Source of the DNA: an uncultured Gammaproteobacteria bacterium
Lineage (GTDB): Bacteria > Patescibacteriota > Patescibacteriia > SG8-24
Direction of reading: 5' to 3'
Assembly: GCA_964486995.1 (NCBI GenBank)
Contig: CAZAOV010000001.1
Coordinates: forward strand, 15,697-79,696
Length of the DNA stretch: 64,000 bases
Shown here one piece after another: positions 35,125-46,032 of the stretch (position 1 is the stretch's first letter; the number at the start of each line of letters is the position of its first letter). Made by a program: the position numbers and the translations under genes. The notes below the pieces were generated by a model. That model saw only the letters and a program-made list of their open reading frames with translations, was not told where the DNA came from and made no database searches.

Positions 35125-37422
35125 TTAATGGGCCTCTCCGTCTTGTGGTTCGTTGTGTTCAATCGGGAGAGTGATATTAAATTTCGATCCCTTGCCGACC
35201 TCAGACTCCAGCCAAACCCGACCGCCAGAAGACTGGATAACTGACTTAACGATATATAAGCCCAAGCCGTAGCCTTCCGTATCCAGCAATGCCACATTGT
35301 CACCGCGAAAAAACTTTCGAAAAACCCTATCCTGTTCCTCCGGCGGCACACCAATTCCCGTGTCCGTCACCCATACGGTAATTTCGCAAACGCTGCGTTC
35401 GCCGCAGACCATCACCGAACCGCCCTGCGGCGTGTACTTGATGGCGTTCGAAAGTAAATTATATAGAACGTTTCGTATCAGGCTGGCATCCACATATGCT
35501 TGACCTAGCTGGCAGGGCTCAAAATGCAGCTCCAGGCCTTTTTCCTTGGCCTCAAAAGACATGTCCTTAACCGCAGAGCGACATAGGGCGTCCATGTCAA
35601 CATGAGCCGGATGCGAAGAAATGCGACCGCTTTCGATTTGCGACACGTTCAGCAAATCATTAACGAGCTTGTTCATGCGCACTGTGGAGCGCTTAGCCAT
35701 GATGAGATATTCCCGCTGCTGTTCGGTGAGCTTGCTGATATCGGAGTCATAGAGCATCTCCAACATCCACTTAAGCGACGACAAAGGCGTTCGCAGCTGA
35801 TGTGACGCAATGGAAACAAATTCGGTCTTGGCACGATCGATGGCTCGTTCCCTGGTAATGTCGTGCATAACCGCCACCGCACCAAAAACCGAACCCTCAT
35901 CAACCAACGGTGCCGCCGTTACTGCCACCGGAACCATCTTACCATCGGCGGACAGCAGAGTTGTGCCGTCCGGCGCATGCGTAACGATACTCGACTCCAT
36001 GCATTCAACGATGAAATCATCGCTGGCTGTCTCATCATCCTCGTTCACGAAGCGAAAATGCTTCTTGTAGGTCTGTCCGGTGGTCTGACCGGATATTTTT
36101 CCGGCCATCACCTCTGCGACGGCGTTGCACATCAGAAGATTCCCCTCGCGATCCAAAACAAATACACCGTCGCCGATACTGCGTAGCATGGCCTGACTCT
36201 GTTCCCGCTCTCGCTCGGCGACGTCTTTTTCCTGTTGCGCCGTCTCGAGCGCACGCAACACATCTTCTCGTGATTCGACCAGTTCAACGTTGGCTTTTTC
36301 CAAGTCATCGGTTTTTTGAGACAGTTCCTTGCCCTGCGCTTCAATCACCGATATTTTTTCGCGTAACACGCTGATGTCATGGCAGACGAGCACGAAAGCA
36401 TAACTCTTGCCCAGAGACACGCGGCTCGCTGACAGCGAAATCGGAATGTGACGAACGCCACCGGTGCGTAAATATGTTTCGGGTATGGATAATTTAATTC
36501 TCCCGCCCGAATCATCGTCCAGCAGGCGACCTATCACATCATGAGCGCACGGGAGAAATGTAGAAATCTGTTTTCCAGACAGCGCTGACACGGGTAACCC
36601 AACCAATTTGGCGGTTTGCTGATTGGCGACCGAGATACGACGTTCGGAATTCACGATTATCAAAGCTTCGCCCATGGTATCGATGATATCAGCCGCCACC
36701 GATGACGGAGAAATCTCGAACAGTCTGTATCGCAGCATGGCATACGTGATAGTCGCGACATACAGCGTGGTGGCTATATTCGTGTAAGGACCGATCGAAA
36801 CTTCATACCAAGGCAAGTAGTTGCTGATTGCCGAAATCACGCCGATGCAAATACCGATAAAAATCAGTTTGCGTTGTTTCTGCACCAAACCAGTCGAATT
36901 CATTACCCCAAATGCGAGCAAGGTGGTTGCATAAGCCATGGTGCCGACCCACAGAACCAAGTAATACGGGTGTAGCGGACCCGGAACAGGCATGTAAGCA
37001 AAATGAAACCCACTCTCACTCATGGTCTCAATGATGAGCGGCGTAAAAAAAGTGACGACAAAGAATTCCATCACCATTATGAGCAGTAGTAGGGAGATTT
37101 GGTGTCGACTCTTCTCCAGCTCCAACATGACAATAACGAAGTACAGCAGAAACAGAGCGCCCAAGGTGGCCGCCATCAATTGAATCCGTAACCAGAACAA
37201 CATGACGTTTGGATCTACTGTTGTGGTAAAGACCGTATAGGGTACCGCCCAAGCCGCTACACTAATCGAAAACAAGAAGAACGCGACGTTCTTCTTGCCA
37301 TAAATATTTCTATTTAACACGACTAAACTCGCCGCAAATGCTGCGGTTGCATTAATCAGACCGGACCAGAAAAAGAAGTTCAGTGGATCAAATTGATAAT
37401 TTGCGGGGTTTAGAATCCCCAT
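35125..37422 (-). CDS. Sensor histidine kinase: polytopic membrane N-terminus, PAS domain(s), HisKA and HATPase_c
   Basis: About 7 N-terminal TM helices, a coiled-coil, H-box SHQLRTPLSSLKWMLEM, N-box NLLSNAIKYT, and G-boxes DTGIGVP and GYGLGL. Confidence 0.85.
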   Translation of the reverse strand: MGILNPANYQFDPLNFFFWSGLINATAAFAASLVVLNRNIYGKKNVAFFLFSISVAAWAVPYTVFTTTVDPNVMLFWLRIQLMAATLGALFLLYFVIVMLELEKSRHQISLLLLIMVMEFFVVTFFTPLIIETMSESGFHFAYMPVPGPLHPYYLVLWVGTMAYATTLLAFGVMNSTGLVQKQRKLIFIGICIGVISAISNYLPWYEVSIGPYTNIATTLYVATITYAMLRYRLFEISPSSVAADIIDTMGEALIIVNSERRISVANQQTAKLVGLPVSALSGKQISTFLPCAHDVIGRLLDDDSGGRIKLSIPETYLRTGGVRHIPISLSASRVSLGKSYAFVLVCHDISVLREKISVIEAQGKELSQKTDDLEKANVELVESREDVLRALETAQQEKDVAEREREQSQAMLRSIGDGVFVLDREGNLLMCNAVAEVMAGKISGQTTGQTYKKHFRFVNEDDETASDDFIVECMESSIVTHAPDGTTLLSADGKMVPVAVTAAPLVDEGSVFGAVAVMHDITRERAIDRAKTEFVSIASHQLRTPLSSLKWMLEMLYDSDISKLTEQQREYLIMAKRSTVRMNKLVNDLLNVSQIESGRISSHPAHVDMDALCRSAVKDMSFEAKEKGLELHFEPCQLGQAYVDASLIRNVLYNLLSNAIKYTPQGGSVMVCGERSVCEITVWVTDTGIGVPPEEQDRVFRKFFRGDNVALLDTEGYGLGLYIVKSVIQSSGGRVWLESEVGKGSKFNITLPIEHNEPQDGEAH

Positions 37423-37572
37423 ATTTTTTACCTAACTTTCGCCAAAAAAGATAAAAATCCTATTTTTTGCGCAGAAAGTCCTTTTTTTGTCTATTTTCAG
37501 CTTAATTATAACAAAAAATGACCCTCAATTCAAGCTGAAAATTGAGAGCCGTTAGATTTAAGGTGTCCGAAT

Positions 37573-37989
37573 CTATAGCCCAGACTCTGGAATCGGCCTG
37601 TATCGCACCGCCGCACTCACGCACAGGATGCGCTTGGTCATACGACCGATGAGCGGAACCTTGGTTAGACGATCAATGCCGTCATTAATTCTCTCCAGGA
37701 GCTGAGCTACATCGCGCATTCGTTGCGCGCCAATGTCCTCCAGCGAAATCTCAGCCCTGATGATCCGTCCGTCCGCACCCCTGTAGCGAATGATTACAAA
37801 CGGCATACCAACCGATTCCCCGATTATTTCAGTGCAGACCACATCTTCAGACTTTCGTATTTCATGAACCAGAACACCACCCTTGAGGCGGTAGTTGCGA
37901 GCGTCTTCGAACAGCCTGATTTCTGTCACGCCGACCTCCAAAACCGAAAGAAGCTCAAAAAACGTAGCATTATTACGCCAACCGGTCAA
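37573..37989 (-). CDS. Hypothetical protein
   Basis: A 138-aa ORF; no family recognised. Confidence 0.35.
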   Translation of the reverse strand: MTGWRNNATFFELLSVLEVGVTEIRLFEDARNYRLKGGVLVHEIRKSEDVVCTEIIGESVGMPFVIIRYRGADGRIIRAEISLEDIGAQRMRDVAQLLERINDGIDRLTKVPLIGRMTKRILCVSAAVRYRPIPESGL

Positions 37990-38142
37990 AGCGATTGAAC
38001 ATGCGTACTTTTTTGACCCCTCACCTTACACCCCCGCCTGGCAGGCAGGGGCTGTGGGATGAGGCTCAGCTTCGAGTATGAACTTTAAATCGCCGGCAAA
38101 ACGGAATGGGACGCACCAACACCGATTTGATACAATGCTCAC

Positions 38143-38880
38143 ATGAGCATTCTCCAATCAAAAACTGCGATAAAAATATCAGCTAGCCGGTTTCTGCATA
38201 TTCTGTTTTTTTCGTTGCTGTCCGCAGAAATTTTCATCGTACTGGGAGATATTTTTCTTTATCAGCTGGAATGGTTGCCGTGGCGATCAATGAGAATTCC
38301 GTTCAATATTACCCGTGAGGACACGCTTGTGAACTGGTTCTCCAGCATGCAGACTTTTGTAACCGCACTGGTGCTGCTGGTGATTTTTCTGCTAGCGCGA
38401 CGAAAGCGCCAAAAACATGCCTGGGGTTGGGCGGTGCTGACCGGATTTTTCGCCTGCATGTCCATTGATGACGGCTCAAAATTTCACGAACGGATAGGTT
38501 CATCGTTTAGGGAAGGCGCTGATGCCCTGTCACTTACCAGCAGACTGGCCGATACATTCCCTAGTTACTACTGGCAGCTAGTTCTCGGACCGCTATTAGT
38601 TGCGATAACGGCCTTCATGGTGGTTTTTCTCTGGAAGAACATAAAAACCAGAGCAAACTTCTGGTGGTTTATGATAGCAATAGCTATTCTGGCGTTCGCC
38701 GTACTGCTCGATTATGTCGAAGGTGCGGATCAGGGAATATTTGCGGTGCATACCGTCAAACATAACGCCAAATTGCTGGAAGAATTTTTTGAAATGTTGG
38801 GCAATACGATATTCCTGATCGTGTTCCTACGAGTAATGATAGACCGAAACAAAAACATCACATTGCATTTCAAAAAATAG
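38143..38880 (+). CDS. Integral membrane protein, hypothetical
   Basis: 245 aa with 5 to 6 predicted TM helices. Confidence 0.45.
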   Translation: MSILQSKTAIKISASRFLHILFFSLLSAEIFIVLGDIFLYQLEWLPWRSMRIPFNITREDTLVNWFSSMQTFVTALVLLVIFLLARRKRQKHAWGWAVLTGFFACMSIDDGSKFHERIGSSFREGADALSLTSRLADTFPSYYWQLVLGPLLVAITAFMVVFLWKNIKTRANFWWFMIAIAILAFAVLLDYVEGADQGIFAVHTVKHNAKLLEEFFEMLGNTIFLIVFLRVMIDRNKNITLHFKK

Positions 38881-39221
38881 AAAAGCGCCTGAAATCTGCC
38901 TGGCACCTTTACGCGGTGCGGAGTGCAATAAAAAACTAACGTCCAAAATCGACCAAAAAATATAGATCGACATAAAAACCGCCAAAGTGGCGATTTTTTT
39001 CTTTAGCCCCTGTTGCACGGCATCTGATACGGCCGACAAAAAATATTCGGCCTACACTTTGAGCTTCCGCTCACCGTCATGCCTGATAAAAGCAATGAGA
39101 ACCCGCCCGGCATGCGCACGGCAATCCCCTTTTGCGGTGCTTCCACCTATCTCGTGTGTATGCGTCAGGTTGTCAAATGAACCGATTCAAGTAATATTTA
39201 AATGCTCTTTACGGAGGAACG

Positions 39222-39521
39222 ATGAACGATGAACAAGGCGTTGACCTGGATCGAGTCGTTGAGTTCTATAGCCCTCATTCCGGTCAGCCGTTTCATGGGG
39301 CCGTAGCCGCACCGCCGCAAGCGATTATGGATGTGGTCCTCGAGCTGGTCTCTGCGGTAATGCCGCTGCGGTCTGCGATTGATAAGTTGAAGGCGGTGGG
39401 CATTGGCCATGTCGAAGTGTCTAGGGATGCCATTCTGCTGTTCACCCACTCGCCAGATGAGCTGAGCAGTCCCAGCAGGACAGCTTATGCGCACTGTTGG
39501 CGATTACTGCGCTTCCAATAA
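39222..39521 (+). CDS. Hypothetical protein
   Basis: RBS acggagga before the ATG; terminator hairpin immediately downstream. Confidence 0.4.
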   Translation: MNDEQGVDLDRVVEFYSPHSGQPFHGAVAAPPQAIMDVVLELVSAVMPLRSAIDKLKAVGIGHVEVSRDAILLFTHSPDELSSPSRTAYAHCWRLLRFQ

Positions 39522-39526
39522 GCTAA

Positions 39527-39553
39527 AAGAGGGCGTCAAACCCTCTTTTTTTG
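39527..39553. terminator. Bidirectional rho-independent terminator between convergent genes
   Basis: aaaagagggcgtcaaaccctcttttttt. Confidence 0.6.
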
Positions 39554-39566
39554 TTTGCTTAAAATA

Positions 39567-40043
39567 TTACGGCTGTATTATCCCACTCGGTGTGGCCGTC
39601 ACAATGCCGGCATCAAAATCACCTACGCCATGTCCCAAACAAAATTCAACCACAAATTCTCCATTGATGTCAGTATAGTAGGAGTATTCATTATCAGTTT
39701 CTGAGCAGCCACCATCCCGAGGCATAGGAGCTGACGGTATGCTGCCGTGATAGACATTCTCACCGGCATCGCACTCGTCCTTGAAACCGCCTTCGCAAAG
39801 AGCGGCATACTCGCCTTCGCCTAAAGCCACAGGATCTTCTTCAATTGGATAGCCGTTAGCGTTATTGTTGTAAACCTCCAATGACATCATAATCTGCCGA
39901 ACATCAGCCACACGCTTGGTGTCGCGTGCTTTTTGTCGAGCCGAATTAAAACCGACCATAGCGATTGTGGTCAGTAAGCCGATAATTGCAATAACTACCA
40001 ATAACTCAATTAAACTAAAGCCTGTTTGTTTGGTGTCGCGCAT
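39567..40043 (-). CDS. Type IV pilin / pseudopilin with a prepilin N-terminal cleavage-methylation domain
   Basis: MRDTKQTGFSLIELLVVIAIIGLLTTIAMV: a class III signal peptide, G|FSLIEL. Confidence 0.8.
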   Translation of the reverse strand: MRDTKQTGFSLIELLVVIAIIGLLTTIAMVGFNSARQKARDTKRVADVRQIMMSLEVYNNNANGYPIEEDPVALGEGEYAALCEGGFKDECDAGENVYHGSIPSAPMPRDGGCSETDNEYSYYTDINGEFVVEFCLGHGVGDFDAGIVTATPSGIIQP

Positions 40044-40261
40044 AGAGTTTCTTTATGTATTGTAGATATTTTACCTGATACAAGAAAAAGCCGCATCTTT
40101 TGAGCGGAAAAACTGTCAGACTTATTTTAAGGCGGCCAATGTTAAACACAAGTCTGACAGTTATTAGAGCAAGAGCGTTCATCGGAATGCCGCTGAAAAA
40201 CCGAACAGCCCACCAACCAAAAAACTCCAAAATAATAACCCCTGATAGAGGGGTTATCTGG

Positions 40262-41323
40262 TTACTGAACCTGAATTGTAACTACCTCAGCCACGAGTTC
40301 GGCGACCGCAGTCAGAAAAACATAGTCGAGCGTATCGCAGGCGTCGGCCGAACGATGATAGTACGGCGTCACGTCATCGCCGCCGAACTCCTCGCATGAC
40401 TGAACGGCTGGAATGCCGTATTCGGTGAAGTAAACATGGTCAGAACGACATGAATCTCGGCGCACTACTCCGCCAACTCGCGTTTCGCCGGCACGCGCAT
40501 TCAGTTGCTCGGCAGCCCGACGATACAGCTGCATCATGGTATCGTTAGGCGCGACCGGCATGCCGCAGTGGGCCAATTCGACCACCCGATCGTCATCGCT
40601 GTCCCAACCTATCATGTCGATGACGTGCGCGCAGAGAATATTCATCACTGGTGTCAGCTCCCGCGCCACCGCGTGACTTCCAATCAGCCCTTCTTCCTCC
40701 TGGTCGAAGAAAGCGAACAGAACATTCACGTTCCGAGTGGGCAGGGCCGCCAACTGACGAGCAATCATAATGGTCGCGGTCACGCCAGATGCGTTATCAT
40801 CGGCGCCGGGCGTAGTGGCAACCGAATCATAATGCGCCCCGACCAAAATCCATTCATCGGTCTGACGAGTGGCGTGCAGTTCGGCCAGCAGGTTTATTCC
40901 GCGCCCCTCGTTCATAGCCACATACTCGCGCGTCATCCATTGTCGGTCGATTGCGATCCACTCGTAATTATGCTCACGATACTGCAGCCCGGGAATCTGC
41001 CGCAGTTGTTCCGCGATGCGCGCTCGCGCTCGAGCACGTTCATCGGGCGTGTAGCGCCGACCGTCCATCATGTCATGCGAGTCGCCGGATGGGCCGCCGG
41101 TAAACGAGCACAGAAAATCACGCGGAACGAAATCGTCGTTATCCGCAACAGCAAGCCGCTCTGCCTGCCCCGAACTGTTGTCCGTCCCAATTTCTGCTGC
41201 CGCAGTCCGCCGAGCGCCAGAACTACAAGCCGTAAATGCACTGGCAGTCACCACCGTCAGCATCAGCATAAATCGCACCTGCACCTTGCCCTCCTTTATG
41301 GAATGTGCCCAACTGAGCTTCAC
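40262..41323 (-). CDS. M28-family zinc aminopeptidase, secreted/lipoprotein-like
   Basis: Signal peptide with a Cys; LVGAHYDSV...GADDNASGV zinc-ligand motifs. Confidence 0.8.
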   Translation of the reverse strand: MKLSWAHSIKEGKVQVRFMLMLTVVTASAFTACSSGARRTAAAEIGTDNSSGQAERLAVADNDDFVPRDFLCSFTGGPSGDSHDMMDGRRYTPDERARARARIAEQLRQIPGLQYREHNYEWIAIDRQWMTREYVAMNEGRGINLLAELHATRQTDEWILVGAHYDSVATTPGADDNASGVTATIMIARQLAALPTRNVNVLFAFFDQEEEGLIGSHAVARELTPVMNILCAHVIDMIGWDSDDDRVVELAHCGMPVAPNDTMMQLYRRAAEQLNARAGETRVGGVVRRDSCRSDHVYFTEYGIPAVQSCEEFGGDDVTPYYHRSADACDTLDYVFLTAVAELVAEVVTIQVQ

Positions 41324-41390
41324 TTATTTACAGCGCAAAGTCAAAAACCGGGCCAAACCCGGTTTAATCCATCTTTGATGCATTAATCAG

Positions 41391-42329
41391 CTAGACAGTA
41401 CCGCCCAACTTAGCGCCAACGTAAATGATGTAGGCAATTAACAGCAGTGCTGCCTCACGCCGTGACAATCTCTTCCGACTCCATAAAACGAAAAATACCA
41501 ATGCGGTGAGCACCATCAACATCACCATATCGATATAAATCAATGATTTTGTCACCAAAATTCCAGATACCACAGCTGCACCTCCCAACGCCACCAAGAT
41601 GTCAAAGGTCGTACTGCCAATCAGATTACCGACCGCCAATTCGCCCTGCTTCTTTCGGATTGCCGCCACCGACGTGGCGAACTCGGGCAAACTGGTACCT
41701 AAACCGACGATAAGCGCTCCGACTACCGACTGGGCCACACCCCACTTTTCGCTCAAATTCAAGGCGTTTTCAACGGTCATGTCTGCCGAAAAGGCCAACA
41801 GCACCAAACCACCGATTAAAGTAAAAATAGATTTGAAAAGATTGATTTTGGGTTGTAAGCGAATCCTATCTCTTATTTTTTCTTCGCGCATCAGCAGCAA
41901 GAGATACATCAGATAGGCAAGCAGCATGAGCAAACCGTTGCCACGCGTTATTTCTCCGTCCAATGAAAGGCCGAACAACAGCACGGCGGCAAACACCAGC
42001 ATGAAACCATCACGAAGCAACCGGCTTCGCTTAATGTGCAGGGTGGTTATCAGCCCGGCCAATCCCATCATAAGCGCTGCCTGCCCAAAACTGGTCCCGA
42101 CCGTCTGACCAACGATGAAGCCAGAAGTTTCATTGCCGGCAACGCGATCGAAAGCCGCAGTCAAAGTGACGAAAACTTCCGGCACGTCAGTACCGATCGC
42201 CAAAATCGTCAAACCAATAAAGGCACGTGATAACCTGAAGTGATTGGCAATATCCAACGCACCGCTAATCGCCAATTCCGAGGCCAACCACAGACCCGCT
42301 AGGCCACCGATAAGATATAGCTCTGTCAT
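41391..42329 (-). CDS. Ca2+/cation antiporter (CaCA family, YrbG-like)
   Basis: Two alpha-repeat motifs (GTDVPEVFVTL and GTSLPEFATSVAA); 10 TM helices. Confidence 0.8.
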   Translation of the reverse strand: MTELYLIGGLAGLWLASELAISGALDIANHFRLSRAFIGLTILAIGTDVPEVFVTLTAAFDRVAGNETSGFIVGQTVGTSFGQAALMMGLAGLITTLHIKRSRLLRDGFMLVFAAVLLFGLSLDGEITRGNGLLMLLAYLMYLLLLMREEKIRDRIRLQPKINLFKSIFTLIGGLVLLAFSADMTVENALNLSEKWGVAQSVVGALIVGLGTSLPEFATSVAAIRKKQGELAVGNLIGSTTFDILVALGGAAVVSGILVTKSLIYIDMVMLMVLTALVFFVLWSRKRLSRREAALLLIAYIIYVGAKLGGTV

Positions 42330-42671
42330 ACTGCCTAATTTTATAGCAGGGGGAAAATATAATAAAGACGCATCGCCAGCCCATGCGACATTCTAACCAC
42401 GGCACCACCCTTACCATAACTCACAAACCAGCCGATGATGAATGCACCGACAACGTTGTGATCGCGGGCGGAGCGCCGCAGTCTCGTGAACTTTAAACGG
42501 ACACCCAAAAAAAACGGAATCTTTCCGAAAGGCTTCTGCAATTACCATATCGTGTACAGTCCCTACTATCGCCTTTCTTCTAACGAATAGTGGTTTGACC
42601 TTTATCAAAACCGAATCGCCGAGAATTAAATATAAAACCGACCCCACATTGAAGATCGGTTTTTTGCGGAA

Positions 42672-43163
42672 TTAATCGTCTGCCGTGAATCTTTGACTCC
42701 TTTCCGTCTTTTTTTGCCCCTGCCGTTTCTTGTCACTTAGACGCCGTTCGTCCGCGGCGCGGGGTTTTTGGGTCTTGATTCGCTTCTTTTTAGGGGTGAG
42801 CGCCTTGCTCACGGCCTTATTCAGCCGCTCGATGACTCGCTCACGATTGTTGTGCCAAGAACGGCTCTGCCGCTCAGACATCACGACTTCATCATCGCTG
42901 TTGAGGTTATTGGCCATGACCTCCCGAATGAGTTGCTTTTCCTGATCGGAAAACTCGGCTGACTCCATCAGATTCCATCGCAACACTGCCTTGGAGCTGG
43001 TCTTATTGACCTTCTGACCACCCGGACCAGAAGAACGTGTGGCAGTAATCTTAAGCTCACCCTCCGGTACGAGATTGGGCATGTTGTCCTCCTTGTTTTT
43101 TGGTTCGTTCAGCGCCTCTTCCGGCATCGACGAAAACCCTTCGTTATGGGTCATACCCGACAA
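42672..43163 (-). CDS. arfB: Peptidyl-tRNA hydrolase ArfB (class I release-factor-like GGQ protein, ribosome rescue)
   Basis: ATRSSGPGGQKVNKTSSKAVLRW GGQ motif plus a basic C-terminal tail (KKKRIKTQKPRAADERR). Confidence 0.75.
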   Translation of the reverse strand: MSGMTHNEGFSSMPEEALNEPKNKEDNMPNLVPEGELKITATRSSGPGGQKVNKTSSKAVLRWNLMESAEFSDQEKQLIREVMANNLNSDDEVVMSERQSRSWHNNRERVIERLNKAVSKALTPKKKRIKTQKPRAADERRLSDKKRQGQKKTERSQRFTADD

Positions 43164-43420
43164 TTATACCATATAGTGACCAATTGATTGCCAAAGAACT
43201 GCTAAACATAGCATAATTTTAACAATGAGTCAAGCGTATGAGCAAAATACGTAAAAACGAAAAAAACCACGCGACGTCCCGTAGGCGCTTTTATACAATC
43301 ATGACTGGTTCGACTGTCCGAAAATACGCATCTCGCCTAGGTCAGGGGCAAGCCCGCAGTTGCACACATGTATTTATGAACATCCGTAAGACGCCGCTTG
43401 GTCTTCTACCCTTAGGTTTC

Positions 43421-45169
43421 TTACACCAACCTCAACCAATTATCCTCAAGCCTTTTTATTTCCTGTTTGATTTCCTCTAGCCGCCGGGTTTTTTCCGGCA
43501 CGTAGTCGGTCGGATTTTCAAAATAGTATTTAAGAATGACGTCTTTTTCATTCTCCAGATCGCTTATGCGATTTTCAAGTTTCTTTCGCTGACGTTTTAG
43601 ATTGCGTGCTTCTTCGGCAAGTCGCTTGCGCTCCAACTTTTCAGCGGACGGTTCTTTCTTGATTTCGACCTCGTCCTCGACGCCGCGAGCCGACAACTCG
43701 TAAACATATTCCTCAAACGTGCCGATATATTGTCGCACCGTACCGTCCGTCACTTCGAACAGCCGATTGGTTATGGCATTAGTGAACGTTCGTGCGTGTG
43801 ACACCAGAATCACGGTACCCGGATATTTCTTGAGCGATTCGGCCAGTACCTCTACGGTTTCGGCGTCGAGATGATTGGTCGGCTCATCGAGCAGCAGAAC
43901 GTTATGCTCGCGCAACATTATGCGCGCCAGCCGCACCCGTGCTCGCTCCCCGCCGGACAGCACACTGCACGGCTTTTCCAGATCGTCTTCACGGAACAGA
44001 AACGTACCTGCCGCAGCCAGGATTCGCTCCCCGGATGTGCCGGGCAATGACGCTTTAGTCAACGCATCGAGCACGGTCTGCTCTGGCGGCAATGTCTCCT
44101 CGGACAACTGCGAGTAGTAACCGATGTCCGCCCGATGCCACCATTTAATTTTTCCGTTGACCGAGGGCAGAACGCCAGCCAGCGTTTTTAGCAGCGTGGA
44201 TTTGCCGCGCCCGTTTTCACCGACAATCGCCACCTTGTCTCCGCGCGCTATTTCAAAATTTATTTTCCGGGCAACAGCGCAACCGTCATAGCCGACGCTC
44301 AAACCTTCGGTAATTACCGCCGGACCGTCCGGCACCGAACTACAGGTGATGGTAAACGCCGCAGTCGGCAAAGACCCTTCCACGATCCGAAGCTGATTGC
44401 GCAAGCGGCCGATATGCTTAATCTTGTCCTGCGCCCGCGATGCCTGACTCGCCTTGAACCTAAAACGATCGACGAACTTCTGATTAGCCTTAATCTCGCG
44501 CCGCAATTTCTTGTTCGTCTTTTTGGCAAACTCGGCCTGCTCTTCCTTCCAATCCAGATACGTATCCACGTCGCCGGTGAAATTCACCAGCTGGCCGCGC
44601 TCAATTTCCCACGTATGCGTACACAGATTGCGCAACACTTCGCGGTCATGCGACGTGATGACGAACGCGCCGTTATAGGTCTGAAGAAATTTCTCAAACA
44701 ACAGCAGAGTCGGTAAGTCCAAATAGTTCACCGGCTCGTCCAGAATCAGCACGTTCGGTTCGACGAGCAGCATCCGAATTATCTTCACGCGAATCTGATA
44801 GCCGCCAGACAGTTCAGCCGGTACGGCGGTCAAAACCTCGTCGCGCATATCAAACCGCGCGGCCAGCTTTTCGCATTGCCATTTTTCTTTACCGGTTTCG
44901 GTCATTAGGTGCTGCAAGACGGTTCCGGCCTCAGGCAGGCGCTCGTGCTGATCCAGCACGCCCAAATGCGCATCCGGCATGATCATAATTTCGCCGTCGT
45001 CCGGCTTGTCCTGCCCAGTCATCATCTTGAGCAGGGTGGTCTTGCCTGTGCCGTTGCGGCCAATTAGCGCAATGCGCTGTTTTTCGTAAACCGAAAAAGA
45101 TACGCCCGACAGCACCACCTGACGACCGTAAATCCGTTCAACGTTTTTTCCGGCGATAAGAGTTTTCAT
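43421..45169 (-). CDS. ABC-F family ATPase (tandem ABC domains, no TMD)
   Basis: Two Walker A motifs (GRNGTGKTTLLKMM and GENGRGKSTLLKTL), two LSGG signatures, and a coiled C-terminal extension. Confidence 0.85.
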   Translation of the reverse strand: MKTLIAGKNVERIYGRQVVLSGVSFSVYEKQRIALIGRNGTGKTTLLKMMTGQDKPDDGEIMIMPDAHLGVLDQHERLPEAGTVLQHLMTETGKEKWQCEKLAARFDMRDEVLTAVPAELSGGYQIRVKIIRMLLVEPNVLILDEPVNYLDLPTLLLFEKFLQTYNGAFVITSHDREVLRNLCTHTWEIERGQLVNFTGDVDTYLDWKEEQAEFAKKTNKKLRREIKANQKFVDRFRFKASQASRAQDKIKHIGRLRNQLRIVEGSLPTAAFTITCSSVPDGPAVITEGLSVGYDGCAVARKINFEIARGDKVAIVGENGRGKSTLLKTLAGVLPSVNGKIKWWHRADIGYYSQLSEETLPPEQTVLDALTKASLPGTSGERILAAAGTFLFREDDLEKPCSVLSGGERARVRLARIMLREHNVLLLDEPTNHLDAETVEVLAESLKKYPGTVILVSHARTFTNAITNRLFEVTDGTVRQYIGTFEEYVYELSARGVEDEVEIKKEPSAEKLERKRLAEEARNLKRQRKKLENRISDLENEKDVILKYYFENPTDYVPEKTRRLEEIKQEIKRLEDNWLRLV

Positions 45170-45258
45170 GTTGCCACCATACTAACTTATCAATACAGAA
45201 TATTGAAGTCTTACGTAGCAAAAACCGCTCGGTGCACCGAGCGGTTTTTGTTCGATGA

Positions 45259-46032
45259 TTACTGCAGTCCGATAAACGGCGTGGCGTTGCCCCAGTAGGT
45301 CGGAGTCTTTCCGTCCCATTTCTCGATCCAACGAAGTTGCAGCACGGCCGAGCTAATCTCCTGTCGCTGTAGGCGCAACGACTCGGCCTCGGCCTTGGCT
45401 TGCTCAATCTTCTGTTGAGCCTCCAGCTTGATGCGATCCAAGTCACGCTCGGCCTTCAGGGCGTTCTGCTCAGCGGTCTGCTTGGCCTCGATGGCTGAAT
45501 TGAACTGCGCACTGAAGTCAAAATTGACGATGGAGAAATCATCCACCGACAGATGATTGGTCTGCAGGCGTTGGCGTAACTGGTCGGTTATCTCGGTCTT
45601 CACCTCTGGACGTTTGGTGATTAGCTCCTCGGCAGTGAACTTGGCGGCCGCAGATTTCACCGATTCCTGAATGGCCGGGTCGATAATGCGCGAGGCATAA
45701 TCCAAACCGACCTCCTGATACAGCTTGTTGACCGCATCCGGAGCCGGATGATAATTGAGCGCAATCGTTGTGCTCACGCTCTGTAAATCTTTAGATGCGG
45801 AATCAGCCTCAACTTGGATCTTGCGTGTTCGCACCTCGATATTATGCACGGCCTTAAGCGGATTCTTGATATGGATTCCCTCATCAAAGACGTTATCTTG
45901 CACCTTACCAAACAGCGTTATGACGCCGCGGTGACCGGCTGGCACCACCGCCAAACAGGTCGAAGCGAAAAGCAGCAGAACAAAGACCGCAACCGCTCCG
46001 GTTATGGCCTTCTTGGGTATTTTTGGTTGCAT
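45259..46032 (-). CDS. SPFH/band-7 (prohibitin/HflK-C-like) membrane protein
   Basis: N-terminal TM, then GHRGVITLFGKVQDNVFDEGIHIKNPL...EVRTRKIQ, the SPFH core. Confidence 0.8.
   Translation of the reverse strand: MQPKIPKKAITGAVAVFVLLLFASTCLAVVPAGHRGVITLFGKVQDNVFDEGIHIKNPLKAVHNIEVRTRKIQVEADSASKDLQSVSTTIALNYHPAPDAVNKLYQEVGLDYASRIIDPAIQESVKSAAAKFTAEELITKRPEVKTEITDQLRQRLQTNHLSVDDFSIVNFDFSAQFNSAIEAKQTAEQNALKAERDLDRIKLEAQQKIEQAKAEAESLRLQRQEISSAVLQLRWIEKWDGKTPTYWGNATPFIGLQ

Noticed and set aside
37573-37989. PilZ-domain assignment for the 138-aa protein
   Set aside because: The RxxxR and DxSxxG PilZ motifs are not clearly present. It is left as hypothetical.
40505-41386. 293-aa plus-strand ORF
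   Set aside because: It is fully antisense to the M28 peptidase gene, which has a signal peptide and HxD/E zinc motifs. It is a typical GC-rich shadow ORF.
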